Below, one piece after another: positions 25,579-35,426 of a DNA stretch of 37,266 nt. Numbering within the stretch: the first letter of the stretch is position 1; the number at the start of each line of letters is the position of its first letter. Under the pieces are notes generated by a model. That model made no database searches, was not told the DNA's origin, and saw nothing but the letters and a program-made list of their open reading frames with translations. Location of the stretch: NCBI GenBank assembly GCA_035291825.1, contig DATDRI010000188.1, positions 1-37,266 of the forward strand, read 5' to 3'. The position numbers and the translations under genes are program-made. The DNA comes from Vicinamibacteria bacterium. GTDB lineage: Bacteria; Acidobacteriota; Vicinamibacteria; Marinacidobacterales; DATDRI01.

Positions 25579-26583
25579 ATGGGAGCCGTCTTGGTCACCG
25601 GTGGAGCCGGCTACGTGGGCTCGCACACGGTGCGAGAGCTGCTGAGTCGGGGCGAGCGGGTGCTGGTCCTCGACAACCTGAGCGAGGGACACCGACAAGC
25701 CGTCCCCGGGGTGGAGCTCACGGTGGCCGACCTGACCGATCCGCACCAGGCGCGAAATAGCCTGGATAGCATTTTCCAGAGTGAGCAGATCGATGTGGTT
25801 CTCCACTTCGCCGGACGCGCCTACGTGGGAGAATCCGTTCGCGATCCGGGGAGATACTACCGGCACAATCTGAGCGGAGGGGTCGAGCTTCTGGAAGCCG
25901 TGGCGCGGAACCGAGTTCCGGCAGTGGTCTTCTCATCGACCTGTGCCATCTATGGCGAGCCGGAGACCATACCCATTCCCGAAACGCATCCGCAACGACC
26001 GGTGAGCCCCTACGGGCGGACCAAGCGCGCCTTCGAGGAGGCGCTCTGCGATTTCGAGTCCGCCCACGGCATCCGTCACATCAACCTGCGCTACTTCAAC
26101 GCCGCCGGGGCGCATCCGGACGGCGATCTAGGGGAGGACCATCGACCCGAGACACACCTCATTCCCCTGGCCTGCGAGGCGGCCATGGAGCAGCGTCCGG
26201 CGCTGGCCATCTTCGGCGACGATTACCCCACTCCGGACGGCACCTGCGTCCGTGACTTCGTGCACGTCATGGATCTGGCGACGGCTCACATTCGGGCGGT
26301 TGCGGCGCTGCGGTCGGGAGCGGCCTCGAGTAGCTACAATCTCGGCATCGGGCGGGGCTACTCGGTGCTGGAAGTCGTGGAGTCGGTGAAACGGGTGAGC
26401 GGTGTCGACTTTTTAACCGAACGAGCACCGCGCCGCGCTGGAGACCCCCCGCGACTCGTGGCGGCCAGCGCCAAGGCGCAACGAGAGCTGGATTGGAGTC
26501 CGTCTTTTACTTCCCTGGACGCCATCGTCGAGACCGCTTGGAAGTTCAAGCAGCGCCATCCTCAGGGCTACGGCGCGGCGTGA
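25579..26583 (+). CDS. galE: UDP-glucose 4-epimerase
   Basis: [30 protein letters not shown] (YxxxK), RYFNAAGA and [16 protein letters not shown]. Confidence 0.9.
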   Translation: MGAVLVTGGAGYVGSHTVRELLSRGERVLVLDNLSEGHRQAVPGVELTVADLTDPHQARNSLDSIFQSEQIDVVLHFAGRAYVGESVRDPGRYYRHNLSGGVELLEAVARNRVPAVVFSSTCAIYGEPETIPIPETHPQRPVSPYGRTKRAFEEALCDFESAHGIRHINLRYFNAAGAHPDGDLGEDHRPETHLIPLACEAAMEQRPALAIFGDDYPTPDGTCVRDFVHVMDLATAHIRAVAALRSGAASSSYNLGIGRGYSVLEVVESVKRVSGVDFLTERAPRRAGDPPRLVAASAKAQRELDWSPSFTSLDAIVETAWKFKQRHPQGYGAA

Positions 26584-27284
26584 AGGCCACTCCTCTACCC
26601 GACCCGCTCCTCTCGGTGATCATGCCGGTGTATAACGAGGAGGGTACCATCGAGGAGATCGTATCCCGCGTGCTGGCCGTGCCCCTGCCCATCGAGCTCA
26701 TCGTAGTCGACGACGGCTCCACGGATAAGACCCGGGCTCTGTTGAGCAAGCTCGCCGAGGGGCGGCAGCTCAAGGTTTTTCTTCAGGACGAGAACCGAGG
26801 CAAAGGGGCAGCGGTCAGAAAAGGTTTCGCCGAGGCGAGCGGCGACATCTTCATCATCCAGGATGCGGATCTGGAGTATTCTCCGGAAGAATACCCGGAG
26901 CTCATCGAGCTCATCGTTCGCGGGAAGGCGGACGCGGTCTACGGCTCGCGATTCCTGGGCCGGCACCGGGCCTTTCTTTTCACTCACTATCTGGGCAACC
27001 GCTTCCTGACCCTTGTCACCAACGTCCTCTACAACACCATACTCACCGACATGGAGACCTGCTTCAAGGCCATCCGCGCCGATCGGGTGCGGCAGATGAC
27101 CCTCCGCTCGAATCGTTTCGGCATCGAGCCCGAGATTACTGCCAAGCTCTTCAAGATGGGGTGTCGCGTCTACGAGGTGCCCATTACCTACGAAGGCCGC
27201 GGCTACGAGGAAGGAAAGAAGATTTCCTGGAAAGACGGCCTGGAGGCCCTGTGGGTGCTGTTGAAATACAGAGTGGTGGACTAG
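26580..27284 (+). CDS. Glycosyltransferase family 2 (polyprenyl-phosphate sugar synthase / DPM1-like)
   Basis: [24 protein letters not shown] and [15 protein letters not shown] propose the GTG start at 26580, which overlaps the galE stop as GTGA. The ORF-track start at 26493 lies inside galE. Confidence 0.85.
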   Translation: MKATPLPDPLLSVIMPVYNEEGTIEEIVSRVLAVPLPIELIVVDDGSTDKTRALLSKLAEGRQLKVFLQDENRGKGAAVRKGFAEASGDIFIIQDADLEYSPEEYPELIELIVRGKADAVYGSRFLGRHRAFLFTHYLGNRFLTLVTNVLYNTILTDMETCFKAIRADRVRQMTLRSNRFGIEPEITAKLFKMGCRVYEVPITYEGRGYEEGKKISWKDGLEALWVLLKYRVVD

Positions 27285-27365
27285 ATTCCCTCCCCGATGG
27301 CGAGCGACCTCCACGACACTGACCGGGGACTCTGATAATATGCTCGGTTTACATGAGTTTCATCC

Positions 27366-29171
27366 ATGAGTGAGTTTCGTCGTCTTTTCCAGCAGGCCCG
27401 CCCCTATCGGGGGAGGTTCTTGTTGGCCTGCGGAGCGATGGTGGGCTATGCGGCCTCCTCCGCCGGTCTGACCTATCTCATCAAGCCGGTCTTCGACGAG
27501 GTTCTGATCCAACAAGTCCATCTCCGACCGGTCGCCTTGGCCATCATCGTTCTCTATCTGGCCAAGGGCCTCTCTTCCTATTTCTCCACCTACCTCATGA
27601 GCTGGGTCGGCCAGCGGACGGTCATGGATCTCAGGAACCGCCTCTACCGGCACATGCTGCGGCAATCGGTGGATTTCTTCTCCGCGAAGTCCACCGGGAC
27701 GCTGATGAGTCACATCACCACCGACGTGGAGAAGGTGCAGCAGGCGGTGTCGGAGGCGGCGGGCGACCTCACCATGCAGGGGTTTGCCGTCGTCGGGTAC
27801 GCGGCGCTCCTCTTCTACTACGACTGGGGACTGGCGACCTTCTGCTTGCTGGGCGCGCCGATGGTGATCTATCCGTTGGTGCGGCTGGGACACCGCCTGC
27901 GGAAGACGAGCGCCACCGGGCTGCAACGCTGGAGAGACATCTCCAACATTCTCCAGGAAACGATCTCGGGAAGCCGCATCGTCAAAGCCTTCCGCATGGA
28001 GGAGTTCGAATCGAAACGCTTTGCCGGCGCTACCGAGCGCCTCTTCCGAACCAACATGCGCATCACCGAGGTGGTCTCCTTGCTGCCGCCGCTCATGGAG
28101 CTGGTGGGGGGCGTGGCGGTCTCCATCGCCATCTGGTACGGAAGCGGGAGGATCTCCCGCGCCGAGCTCACGCCCGGGGAGTTCACCTCGTTCGTGGCCG
28201 CCCTTTTCTTGATGTACGGGCCCATCAAGAAGCTGTCACGGGTGAACGCCACCCTTCAGCAAGCCCTCGCCGCCGCGGCGCGGATCTTCTCGGTGCTCGA
28301 CACGCACATGGAGATCAAGGAGGCTCCCGACGCGGTGGAGCTCCCACCCTTGCAGCGGAGAATCGAGTTCCAGGGCGTGAGCTTCACCTATGAGGACGGA
28401 AGCGATCGCGTCTTGCGAAACGTTAATTTGATTATCGAGGCCGGACAGGTGGTGGCCTTGGTCGGCACCAGCGGCGCCGGGAAGACCACCCTCGCCAATC
28501 TTATCCCGCGGTTCTTCGACCCGGATGCGGGCGTGATTCTGTGGGACGGAATCGATATTCGCAAGGCCACACTGTCTTCGCTGCGCGGACAAATCGGATT
28601 GGTACTTCAAGAGACCTTCCTCTTCAACGATACGGTGCGGAACAACATCGCCTACGGAGTGGAAGAGACTTCGGTTGCGGCCATCCGCGAGGCGGCTGGC
28701 GCCGCCTGCGCCCTGGAGTTCATCGATGAGCTTCCCGAGAGGTTGGACAGCATGATTGGTGAGCGCGGCCAGCGACTGTCCGGCGGTCAGCGTCAGCGCC
28801 TGGCCATCGCGCGGGCCATTCTGAAAAACCCCCCGCTCCTCATCCTGGACGAAGCCACCAGCTCGCTGGACGCCGAGTCGGAAGCCCTCGTCCAACGGGC
28901 GCTCGCGAATCTCATGGCGCACCGCACCACGCTGGTCATCGCCCACCGCTTGTCCACTATAAGACGGGCCGATCGGATCGTGGTGATCGAGGAGGGCACG
29001 GTCCGGGAGACGGGAACGCACGAAGAGCTGCTCCGTCGCGCCGACGGCGTGTACCGCCGGCTGTACCAGCTCCAGTTCGCGGGAGGAGATCCGGTCCTAC
29101 TGGATCTCCCTGCCTCCAACGGAGAGAGCTATCCGGCGAGAATCGGTTCAGCACGGCGAGAGAGGAATTAG
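27366..29171 (+). CDS. ABC exporter, fused permease/ATPase, MsbA-like
   Basis: Six-TM N-domain, Walker A GTSGAGKTT, signature LSGGQRQRLAIARA, Walker B LLILDEATSSLD. Confidence 0.9.
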   Translation: MSEFRRLFQQARPYRGRFLLACGAMVGYAASSAGLTYLIKPVFDEVLIQQVHLRPVALAIIVLYLAKGLSSYFSTYLMSWVGQRTVMDLRNRLYRHMLRQSVDFFSAKSTGTLMSHITTDVEKVQQAVSEAAGDLTMQGFAVVGYAALLFYYDWGLATFCLLGAPMVIYPLVRLGHRLRKTSATGLQRWRDISNILQETISGSRIVKAFRMEEFESKRFAGATERLFRTNMRITEVVSLLPPLMELVGGVAVSIAIWYGSGRISRAELTPGEFTSFVAALFLMYGPIKKLSRVNATLQQALAAAARIFSVLDTHMEIKEAPDAVELPPLQRRIEFQGVSFTYEDGSDRVLRNVNLIIEAGQVVALVGTSGAGKTTLANLIPRFFDPDAGVILWDGIDIRKATLSSLRGQIGLVLQETFLFNDTVRNNIAYGVEETSVAAIREAAGAACALEFIDELPERLDSMIGERGQRLSGGQRQRLAIARAILKNPPLLILDEATSSLDAESEALVQRALANLMAHRTTLVIAHRLSTIRRADRIVVIEEGTVRETGTHEELLRRADGVYRRLYQLQFAGGDPVLLDLPASNGESYPARIGSARRERN

Positions 29172-29199
29172 TGTCGGTCCAAACTAGGGGCGAGGAGCT

Positions 29200-30078
29200 T
29201 TGATCCGCAGTATGACCGGGTTCGCCCGAGGTCAGTCGGAGAACCGGAGTTACCTCTCCGAGATCGAGGTTCGATCGGTGAACCATCGCTATCAGGACGT
29301 CCGGGTGCGGGTGCCCTCTAGTTTAAGTCACTTGGAGACGAGGATTCGGAACGAAGTGTCGTCGAGAATCCGAAGAGGGAAGGTGGACGTGTCGGTACGG
29401 TTGCAGGCCAAGGAAAAAAGCGCGTACCGGTTGGAGCTGGACCGTCCTCTGTTGAAAGATTTCGTCGAGGTTGCCCGGTCGCTGGGAAGGGAGCTTGGGA
29501 TCAAGGGAGAGCTGACGCTTTCCGATCTGGTCGGGTTCCATGCCGGTTTCAACGTCGGGGAAAGAGATCTGTCGGAGGGCGAGGGGGCATGGCAGGTGGT
29601 GGCTCCCGCCTTGGCTCAGGCACTGGAAGAGCACGAACGCATGAGCCGAACGGAAGGAGCGGAGCTGGCGGCCGACATGGACCTTCGGCTTCAGGCGGTG
29701 GCCGGCCATCTCGACGCGATCGAGGAGCTTTCCGTTTCCGGCAAGGAAAGGAAACGGCAGGAGATTCTGGAACGCATCCAGGAGCTCCAGGCGGCAGAGT
29801 TGGAAGGCGCGCCGCTGGCCATGGAGGTCGTCCGGATGGTCGAGCGCAGCGACATCGCGGAGGAGCTGACTCGCTTTCGCAGTCATCTCTCCTTGTGGCG
29901 TGAAGCGGTGGCGGGGGAGGGACCGTGTGGTAAGAAGCTCGATTTCATCGTCCAGGAGATGAATCGGGAAGTGAACACCATCGGCTCGAAATGCCAGGAT
30001 GCGGCGATCACCGAACGGGTGATTTCGGTCAAGACCGAGTTGGAGCGCATCCGCGAGCAGGTTCAGAATATCGAGTGA
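29200..30078 (+). CDS. yicC: YicC family stress-induced protein
   Basis: The TTG start gives MIRSMTGFARG, the family N-terminus. The C-terminal DUF1732-like segment is KLDFIVQEMNREVNTIGSKC. Confidence 0.9.
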   Translation: MIRSMTGFARGQSENRSYLSEIEVRSVNHRYQDVRVRVPSSLSHLETRIRNEVSSRIRRGKVDVSVRLQAKEKSAYRLELDRPLLKDFVEVARSLGRELGIKGELTLSDLVGFHAGFNVGERDLSEGEGAWQVVAPALAQALEEHERMSRTEGAELAADMDLRLQAVAGHLDAIEELSVSGKERKRQEILERIQELQAAELEGAPLAMEVVRMVERSDIAEELTRFRSHLSLWREAVAGEGPCGKKLDFIVQEMNREVNTIGSKCQDAAITERVISVKTELERIREQVQNIE

Positions 30079-30710
30079 GCGCATCAAGCCCAGCCAAGAA
30101 GACGCGTGGTACGCTGCTGGTCATCTCCGCCCCCTCGGGGTCCGGCAAGACCACCTTGGTGCGGCGGCTCGTCTCGGAAGTGGGGCCTGTCGAGTTCTCG
30201 ATTTCCTATACGACGCGGGCGGCTCGCCCTTCGGAGAAGGACGGCGTGGACTACCACTTCGTTTCGGAAAAAGTCTTTCGAAAGAAAATTGAAAGAAACG
30301 AGTTTCTGGAGTGGGCGGAAGTTCACGAGAAGCTTTACGGGACGGATCGCCGCGAAACGGAAGCGGTGCTCGGCCGGGGCGTCGATCTCGTTTTGGACAT
30401 CGACGTGCAGGGGGCCGAGCAGGTCAAACGGGCCATGCCGGAGGCGGTGCTCATCTTCATACTGCCCCCGTCCTTTCAGGTTCTCGAGCAGCGCCTGCGC
30501 GGTCGCCGCCAGAACCCACCGGACGACATCGAGCGCCGGTTGGCGGTGGCGCGGCGGGAGGTTTCGCAGTACCGGAATTATGACTATGCTGTGGTGAACG
30601 ACGACATCGACCGTTGTGCGGGGCTCCTTCGCTCCATCGTCTTTGCGGAACGCGCCAAGCGCGAGCGAATGGAGCCCATCGTGAAAGGGATATTGGACTC
30701 TTTCCAATGA
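30075..30710 (+). CDS. gmk: Guanylate kinase
   Basis: LLVISAPSGSGKTTLVRRL and YTTRAARPSEKDGVDYHFVS. The GTG start at 30075 overlaps the yicC stop as GTGA. Confidence 0.95.
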   Translation: MSASSPAKKTRGTLLVISAPSGSGKTTLVRRLVSEVGPVEFSISYTTRAARPSEKDGVDYHFVSEKVFRKKIERNEFLEWAEVHEKLYGTDRRETEAVLGRGVDLVLDIDVQGAEQVKRAMPEAVLIFILPPSFQVLEQRLRGRRQNPPDDIERRLAVARREVSQYRNYDYAVVNDDIDRCAGLLRSIVFAERAKRERMEPIVKGILDSFQ

Positions 30711-31960
30711 CCGCCGACCCGAAAAACCTGAAAAAGAAGATCGTCTTGGGGGTCACCGGCTGCATCGGTGCCTACAAGGCGGCGGAGATCGTCCGGGGCC
30801 TCAAGAAAAACGGGTTCTCGGTCCAGGTGATCCTGACGGCAAGCGCCCGGGAGTTCGTCACCCCTCTGACCATGGAGACGCTCTCCGAGGAGCCAGTCAT
30901 CTGTGAGCTCTTCGGTCAGAACAGGGAAGAGGGCATCCGACACATCTCGCTTACCGAAGAGTGTCAACTGCTGCTCATTGCTCCCGCCACCGCCAACATT
31001 CTTGCCAAGCTGGCCTACGGTCTAGCCGACGATTTCCTGAGCACTTTCGCCCTGGCGAACCGGGCTCCCGTGCTGATCGCTCCCGCCATGAATACCGAGA
31101 TGCTCTCCCATCCCGCCGTGCAGCAGAATGTGGCGACTCTGCGGGAGCGGGGCGTGGAGTTCATCGAGCCGGGAGAAGGATGGTTGGCCTGCGGCTGGTT
31201 GGGTAAAGGCCGTCTCGCCGAGCCGGAAGAGATCGTGGAGCGGGTGAAGGCCACGCTGGCCGGCCAGGGTAAAAAAAAACCTGACGCCGCCGGGCTAGGC
31301 CCACCGGGAATGTCCGGGGAGACCGTTTTGGTGAGCGCCGGCCCGACCAGGGAGCCCATCGATCCGGTGCGCGTGCTGACCAATCCATCCAGTGGCAAAA
31401 TGGGTTACCGGGTCGCAGAAGCGGCACGCGACCGAGGAGCGCGCGTGATCCTGGTGAGTGGCCCCACCGCTCTCGCCGACCCCTCCGGGGTGGAAGTGAT
31501 TCGTGTCGAGACGGCCGAGGAGATGAAGATCGCGATGTTATCCAAGCTCGACGATGCCTCGGTGGTGGTCATGGCCGCCGCCGTGGCCGACTATCGTCCG
31601 GAGCGCCAGGAAAGGACGAAGATCAAGAAGAGCTCCGCTCCGCAAACCTTGAAGCTGGTTCGCACCGACGACATCCTGATGGAGATCGGCCGGCGGCGTA
31701 CGCCCCGCCAGACCCTCGTCGGCTTCGCGGCCGAGACCGAGGATCTGGAAGCGCGCGCCCGCAAGAAACTCTCCGAAAAGAAGCTGGATCTGGTGGTGGC
31801 GAACGACGTCACCCGGAACGGAGCGGGTTTTGGAGGCGACACCAATCAGGTGATCCTGCTATCGAAGGAGGGCAAGGCCGAGGAGCTGCCGCTTCTCAGC
31901 AAGCGAGAAGTGGCGGAGCACATTCTCGATCGCATCGAGGCCATGCGTGGACGCCGATAG
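30707..31960 (+). CDS. coaBC: Bifunctional phosphopantothenoylcysteine decarboxylase / phosphopantothenate-cysteine ligase
   Basis: KIVLGVTGCIGAYKAAEIVRGLKK and PAMNTEM (CoaC domain). SAGPTREPIDPVRVLTNPSSGKMGY and AAAVADY (CoaB domain). ATG 30707 overlaps the gmk stop as ATGA. Confidence 0.95.
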   Translation: MTADPKNLKKKIVLGVTGCIGAYKAAEIVRGLKKNGFSVQVILTASAREFVTPLTMETLSEEPVICELFGQNREEGIRHISLTEECQLLLIAPATANILAKLAYGLADDFLSTFALANRAPVLIAPAMNTEMLSHPAVQQNVATLRERGVEFIEPGEGWLACGWLGKGRLAEPEEIVERVKATLAGQGKKKPDAAGLGPPGMSGETVLVSAGPTREPIDPVRVLTNPSSGKMGYRVAEAARDRGARVILVSGPTALADPSGVEVIRVETAEEMKIAMLSKLDDASVVVMAAAVADYRPERQERTKIKKSSAPQTLKLVRTDDILMEIGRRRTPRQTLVGFAAETEDLEARARKKLSEKKLDLVVANDVTRNGAGFGGDTNQVILLSKEGKAEELPLLSKREVAEHILDRIEAMRGRR

Positions 31961-32621
31961 AGCCAAGCTCAAAGAGGAGCTGCGCGGGCAGATGGAGGAG
32001 CGACTCCGCTACTACGCTTCGATCACCACCATCGGGCTTCGCCGGCGCGAGGCCGGGGTGGATCGGGCGGAGAGTCTGGAAGCGGTTCGCGAGGATCTCG
32101 GCGAGTGCACGCGGTGCAAGCTTCACCAGGGTCGCCGCACCCTGGTGTTCGGCGTCGGAAATCCGGACGCCGATCTCATGTTCATCGGCGAGGGCCCGGG
32201 CTACGAAGAAGACGTGCAGGGTCTACCCTTCGTGGGGCCGGCCGGACAGCTGCTGACGAAGATCATCGAGGCCATTCGGCTCACTCGCCAAGACGTCTAC
32301 ATCGCCAACATCGTCAAGTGCCGTCCTCCCGGCAATCGGGATCCGGAGCCGGACGAGATCGCAACCTGTCGGCCTTTCCTGGAACGCCAGGTGCGGTCCA
32401 TCCGGCCTCGCGTCATTTGCACTCTGGGTCGGGTAGCCACTCAGGCGATGCTCGCGACCGAAAAACCCCTGGGGAGCATGCGGGGTCAGGTGTTTTCCTT
32501 CGGAGACTCTTGGCTGGTACCGACCTACCATCCCGCCTTTCTCCTCCGAGACCCCTCCAAGAAGAGGGAAACGTGGGAGGACATGAAGCTCATTCGAGCT
32601 TTGCTCGATGAGCGCCGCTAA
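31947..32621 (+). CDS. Uracil-DNA glycosylase, family 4
   Basis: CTRCKLHQGRRTLVFGVGNPDADLMFIGEGPGYEEDVQGLPFVGPAGQLL, KCRPPGNR and HPAFLLR. The GTG start overlaps coaBC by 14 nt. Confidence 0.9.
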   Translation: MDADRAKLKEELRGQMEERLRYYASITTIGLRRREAGVDRAESLEAVREDLGECTRCKLHQGRRTLVFGVGNPDADLMFIGEGPGYEEDVQGLPFVGPAGQLLTKIIEAIRLTRQDVYIANIVKCRPPGNRDPEPDEIATCRPFLERQVRSIRPRVICTLGRVATQAMLATEKPLGSMRGQVFSFGDSWLVPTYHPAFLLRDPSKKRETWEDMKLIRALLDERR

Positions 32622-35067
32622 GAGCTCGTCCTCCGCCGCGTCATCCTTTCCCCGCTACGCCCGGGTGGCGCTTCCCCTGCCCCTGGTGCAGACGTTTTCC
32701 TACGGAGTTCCCCGCGCGCTCGATGCTCTGGCCCCCGGCTGTCGAGTCAAGGTTCGCTTCGGCCCGCGCGTCCTCATTGGGTGCGTGGTCCAGATCGAGG
32801 ACGCGGCGCCCACCCTTCCTCCCGGAACGAAGATCCTCCCCATCCTAGCGAGCCTGGATCCGGTTCCGGTGCTGGGCGAGGAGCTTCTCTCCCTGGCGGA
32901 GTGGATCGCCGACTACTATGTCGCACCTCCCGGCGAAGGGTTGCGTGGCTTCTTGCCACCGGATACCGGGCGGGCGGAGACGGTTCTCTATCGACGAAAA
33001 CCCGAGGCCGCCGGGGCGTCGCTGCGGGAGGGCAGCTTGCGTGCACGGGTGCTGTCGGCTCTCGAGAAGCCGATGACCTCGCGGGCCCTGGCGCGCGCGG
33101 TGGGAAGCAGAGCCGTTTCGGGTGCGTTGCGGTTTCTGGTGGACGCGGGCTTGGTGGAGAGGGTCGAGAAGGCTTCCGGCGGAGGCATTCCGCGAATCTG
33201 GGCTGCCGCCATCACCGACAAGGGGCGCCAGGCACTGGAGAGCGATGTCCTCAAAGCCACCACCGCCCGCGTTCTGACGCTTCTGGCGACCGCCACCGAC
33301 GCCGTGCCTTTAAAGACCATCCGAAGCGAGCTGGGCTTGAAGCAAGGGCCTTTCCGTACTCTCACGAAGCGCGATTACATCCGGTTGGTGAAACAAGAAG
33401 CTCTGGCTCAGAGCCCCTGGTCTCGTCTGAGCTCACCAGAGGAAGAGGCGTTGACGCCTACTCCGGATCAGCGCCAGGTGATTTCTCAGATCGAGCGCTC
33501 GATGGCACTTCGCCAGTTTTCGGTGATGGTGCTGTATGGAGTGACCGGCAGCGGCAAGACCGAGATCTATCTGAGAGCGGTAGAGGCGGCGCTGGCGGCC
33601 GGGCGCGGGTCTCTGCTACTGGTACCCGAGATCGCGCTAACGCCGAGGTTGGCGGGGCTCCTCCGGCAGCGTTTCCAGTCTCAGGTAGCGATTCTGCATA
33701 GCGCCCTGGGAAGCGGGGAGAGGCGGGATGAATGGTGGCGCATCCGAAGAGGAGAAGCACGCGTGGCGGTGGGTGCCCGCGCCGCGGTTCTCGCTCCTCT
33801 GGAAAGGCTCGGTTTGATCGTGGTCGACGAGGAGCAGGAAGGCTCCTACAAACAAGAGGAGACGCCGCGCTACAACGCACGGGACGTCGCCATCAAGCGC
33901 GCCCAAGCCGCCGGTGCGGTTATCGTCCTGGGCTCGGCGACCCCCTCACTGGAGTCCTATACTCACGCCGTGGAGGGTCGCTACCGGCTGGCAAGGCTTC
34001 CCGAGCGGATCGCCGGTCGCCCGCTGGCTAGCGTGCGGCTCATCGACATGAAGGAGGTCGTCCGCCAGGAAGGTCCGGAGACGATCTTGTCGCAGCCGCT
34101 GCGCGAAGCGATCGAGGCTCGCACCTCGGCAGGAGAACAGGCACTCGTTCTCCTCAACCGCCGCGGATATGCGACCCAGCTCGTTTGTCGAGAGTGCGGG
34201 CTGGCCGCGAACTGTAACGAGTGCAGCGTGGCCTTGACGCTTCATCAGAAGGGGAGGTTGGCGGTCTGCCATTATTGTGGTCTGGGAAGGTCGACTCCCA
34301 CCCGTTGCGACATGTGCAGCGGCGAGTACCTTCATCAGCGCGGTTACGGCACCGAGAGAGTGGAGGAGCTTCTCAAGGCGACCTTTCCCCAAATCCGAGT
34401 CTCCCGTATGGACCGCGATACCATGCGACGAAAGGGGAGCTACGAGGGGCTGCTCTCGCGCTTTGCCGCCGGGGAGATCGATCTGCTGGTGGGAACGCAG
34501 ATGCTGGCCAAGGGACACGATTTTCCCGCGGTAACCCTGGTGGGTGTCTTGGCCGCGGACGTCGGTCTCGGTGTTCCCGATTTCCGGGCGGCGGAGAGAA
34601 CGTTTCAACTGCTGACCCAGGTTTCCGGTCGCGCCGGTCGCGGCAGTCGCGCCGGCGAGGTTCTGATCCAGACCTTTTGTCCGGAGCACTACGCGCTCCG
34701 GCATGCCAGCGCCCAGGACTACCAGGCTTTCTATGAAGAGGAGATGTCCTTTCGACGAGCGCTTCGCTACCCGCCCGGCATTTACATCATTAATCTCATC
34801 GTCGAAGGGGCGGAGATGTCCGCGGCAACGCGTCAGGCTCGACGGGTGGCGGAGGAGCTGAACCGAGCGCGGCTGGCCGGGGTCGAGGTTCTGGGCCCCG
34901 CCTTCGCCGCTCGCTCCAAGGTGGCGGGTCGCTACCGTTGTCAAATCCTGCTGAAGGTTCCCCGTTCACGGCACCGAGAGGTACGGCGAAGGATTCACGC
35001 CTTGATGGAGGATCCCGAGCTGTCGAAGCTTCTCACCGTCGATGTGGATCCCACCACGCTCCACTGA
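32608..35067 (+). CDS. priA: Primosomal protein N' (replication restart helicase)
   Basis: YARVALPLPLVQTFSYGVP, Walker A GVTGSGKTEIYL, VVDEEQEGSYKQ, Cys-rich zinc region CRECGLAANCNECSVALTLHQKGRLAVCHYCG...CDMCSG, and GTQMLAKGHDFP. Confidence 0.95.
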   Translation: MSAAKSSSSAASSFPRYARVALPLPLVQTFSYGVPRALDALAPGCRVKVRFGPRVLIGCVVQIEDAAPTLPPGTKILPILASLDPVPVLGEELLSLAEWIADYYVAPPGEGLRGFLPPDTGRAETVLYRRKPEAAGASLREGSLRARVLSALEKPMTSRALARAVGSRAVSGALRFLVDAGLVERVEKASGGGIPRIWAAAITDKGRQALESDVLKATTARVLTLLATATDAVPLKTIRSELGLKQGPFRTLTKRDYIRLVKQEALAQSPWSRLSSPEEEALTPTPDQRQVISQIERSMALRQFSVMVLYGVTGSGKTEIYLRAVEAALAAGRGSLLLVPEIALTPRLAGLLRQRFQSQVAILHSALGSGERRDEWWRIRRGEARVAVGARAAVLAPLERLGLIVVDEEQEGSYKQEETPRYNARDVAIKRAQAAGAVIVLGSATPSLESYTHAVEGRYRLARLPERIAGRPLASVRLIDMKEVVRQEGPETILSQPLREAIEARTSAGEQALVLLNRRGYATQLVCRECGLAANCNECSVALTLHQKGRLAVCHYCGLGRSTPTRCDMCSGEYLHQRGYGTERVEELLKATFPQIRVSRMDRDTMRRKGSYEGLLSRFAAGEIDLLVGTQMLAKGHDFPAVTLVGVLAADVGLGVPDFRAAERTFQLLTQVSGRAGRGSRAGEVLIQTFCPEHYALRHASAQDYQAFYEEEMSFRRALRYPPGIYIINLIVEGAEMSAATRQARRVAEELNRARLAGVEVLGPAFAARSKVAGRYRCQILLKVPRSRHREVRRRIHALMEDPELSKLLTVDVDPTTLH

Positions 35068-35127
35068 AGCGCTTCACGTTCGTCACGCCATGCCCGCTGT
35101 TTGGCGTCACTCGCTTAACTGTCACAC

Positions 35128-35156
35128 TTGGAGGGAATTGTGGCTGATGCTATTAT
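35128..35156 (+). promoter_or_regulatory. Candidate vapBC promoter: TTGGAG, 17 nt, TATTAT
   Basis: TTGGAG lies at 35128-35133 and TATTAT at 35151-35156. ATG 35166 is only 9 nt after the -10 element and has no SD motif, so the transcript would be near-leaderless. Confidence 0.3.
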
Positions 35157-35165
35157 GCAGACATC

Positions 35166-35426
35166 ATGATGGCGAGAACACAAGTATCCCTGGATCTCGA
35201 AACGCTGAAACGAGCTCGGAAAAGGGCGGCTGAGCTGGGGATTTCCTTCGCGGAGTACCTTCGACGACTGGTGGCTCGCGATCTGGGTAAGCCAAAGCGC
35301 CGTGCGGATCCTTCCGCGGTGTTCAACCTCGGCGATTCTGGTGGTACGGACGTCGCGCGCCAGAAGGACGCTCTGGTCGGGGAGGCGTTCTCCGCGGAGG
35401 GGCACTCGGAAAGAAGGCACCCCTGA
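35166..35426 (+). CDS. vapB: Ribbon-helix-helix antitoxin (VapB/CopG-like)
   Basis: MMARTQVSLDLETLKRARKRAAELGISFAEYLRRLVARDL has the beta-strand, helix, helix pattern of RHH antitoxins. It lies directly upstream of a PIN gene. Confidence 0.7.
   Translation: MMARTQVSLDLETLKRARKRAAELGISFAEYLRRLVARDLGKPKRRADPSAVFNLGDSGGTDVARQKDALVGEAFSAEGHSERRHP

Noticed and set aside
35082-35110. An imperfect inverted repeat (GTCACGCC ... GGCGTCAC) after priA, considered as an intrinsic terminator.
   Set aside because: The stem is interrupted by a mismatch, the loop is 13 nt and there is no trailing T-run. It is too weak to call.
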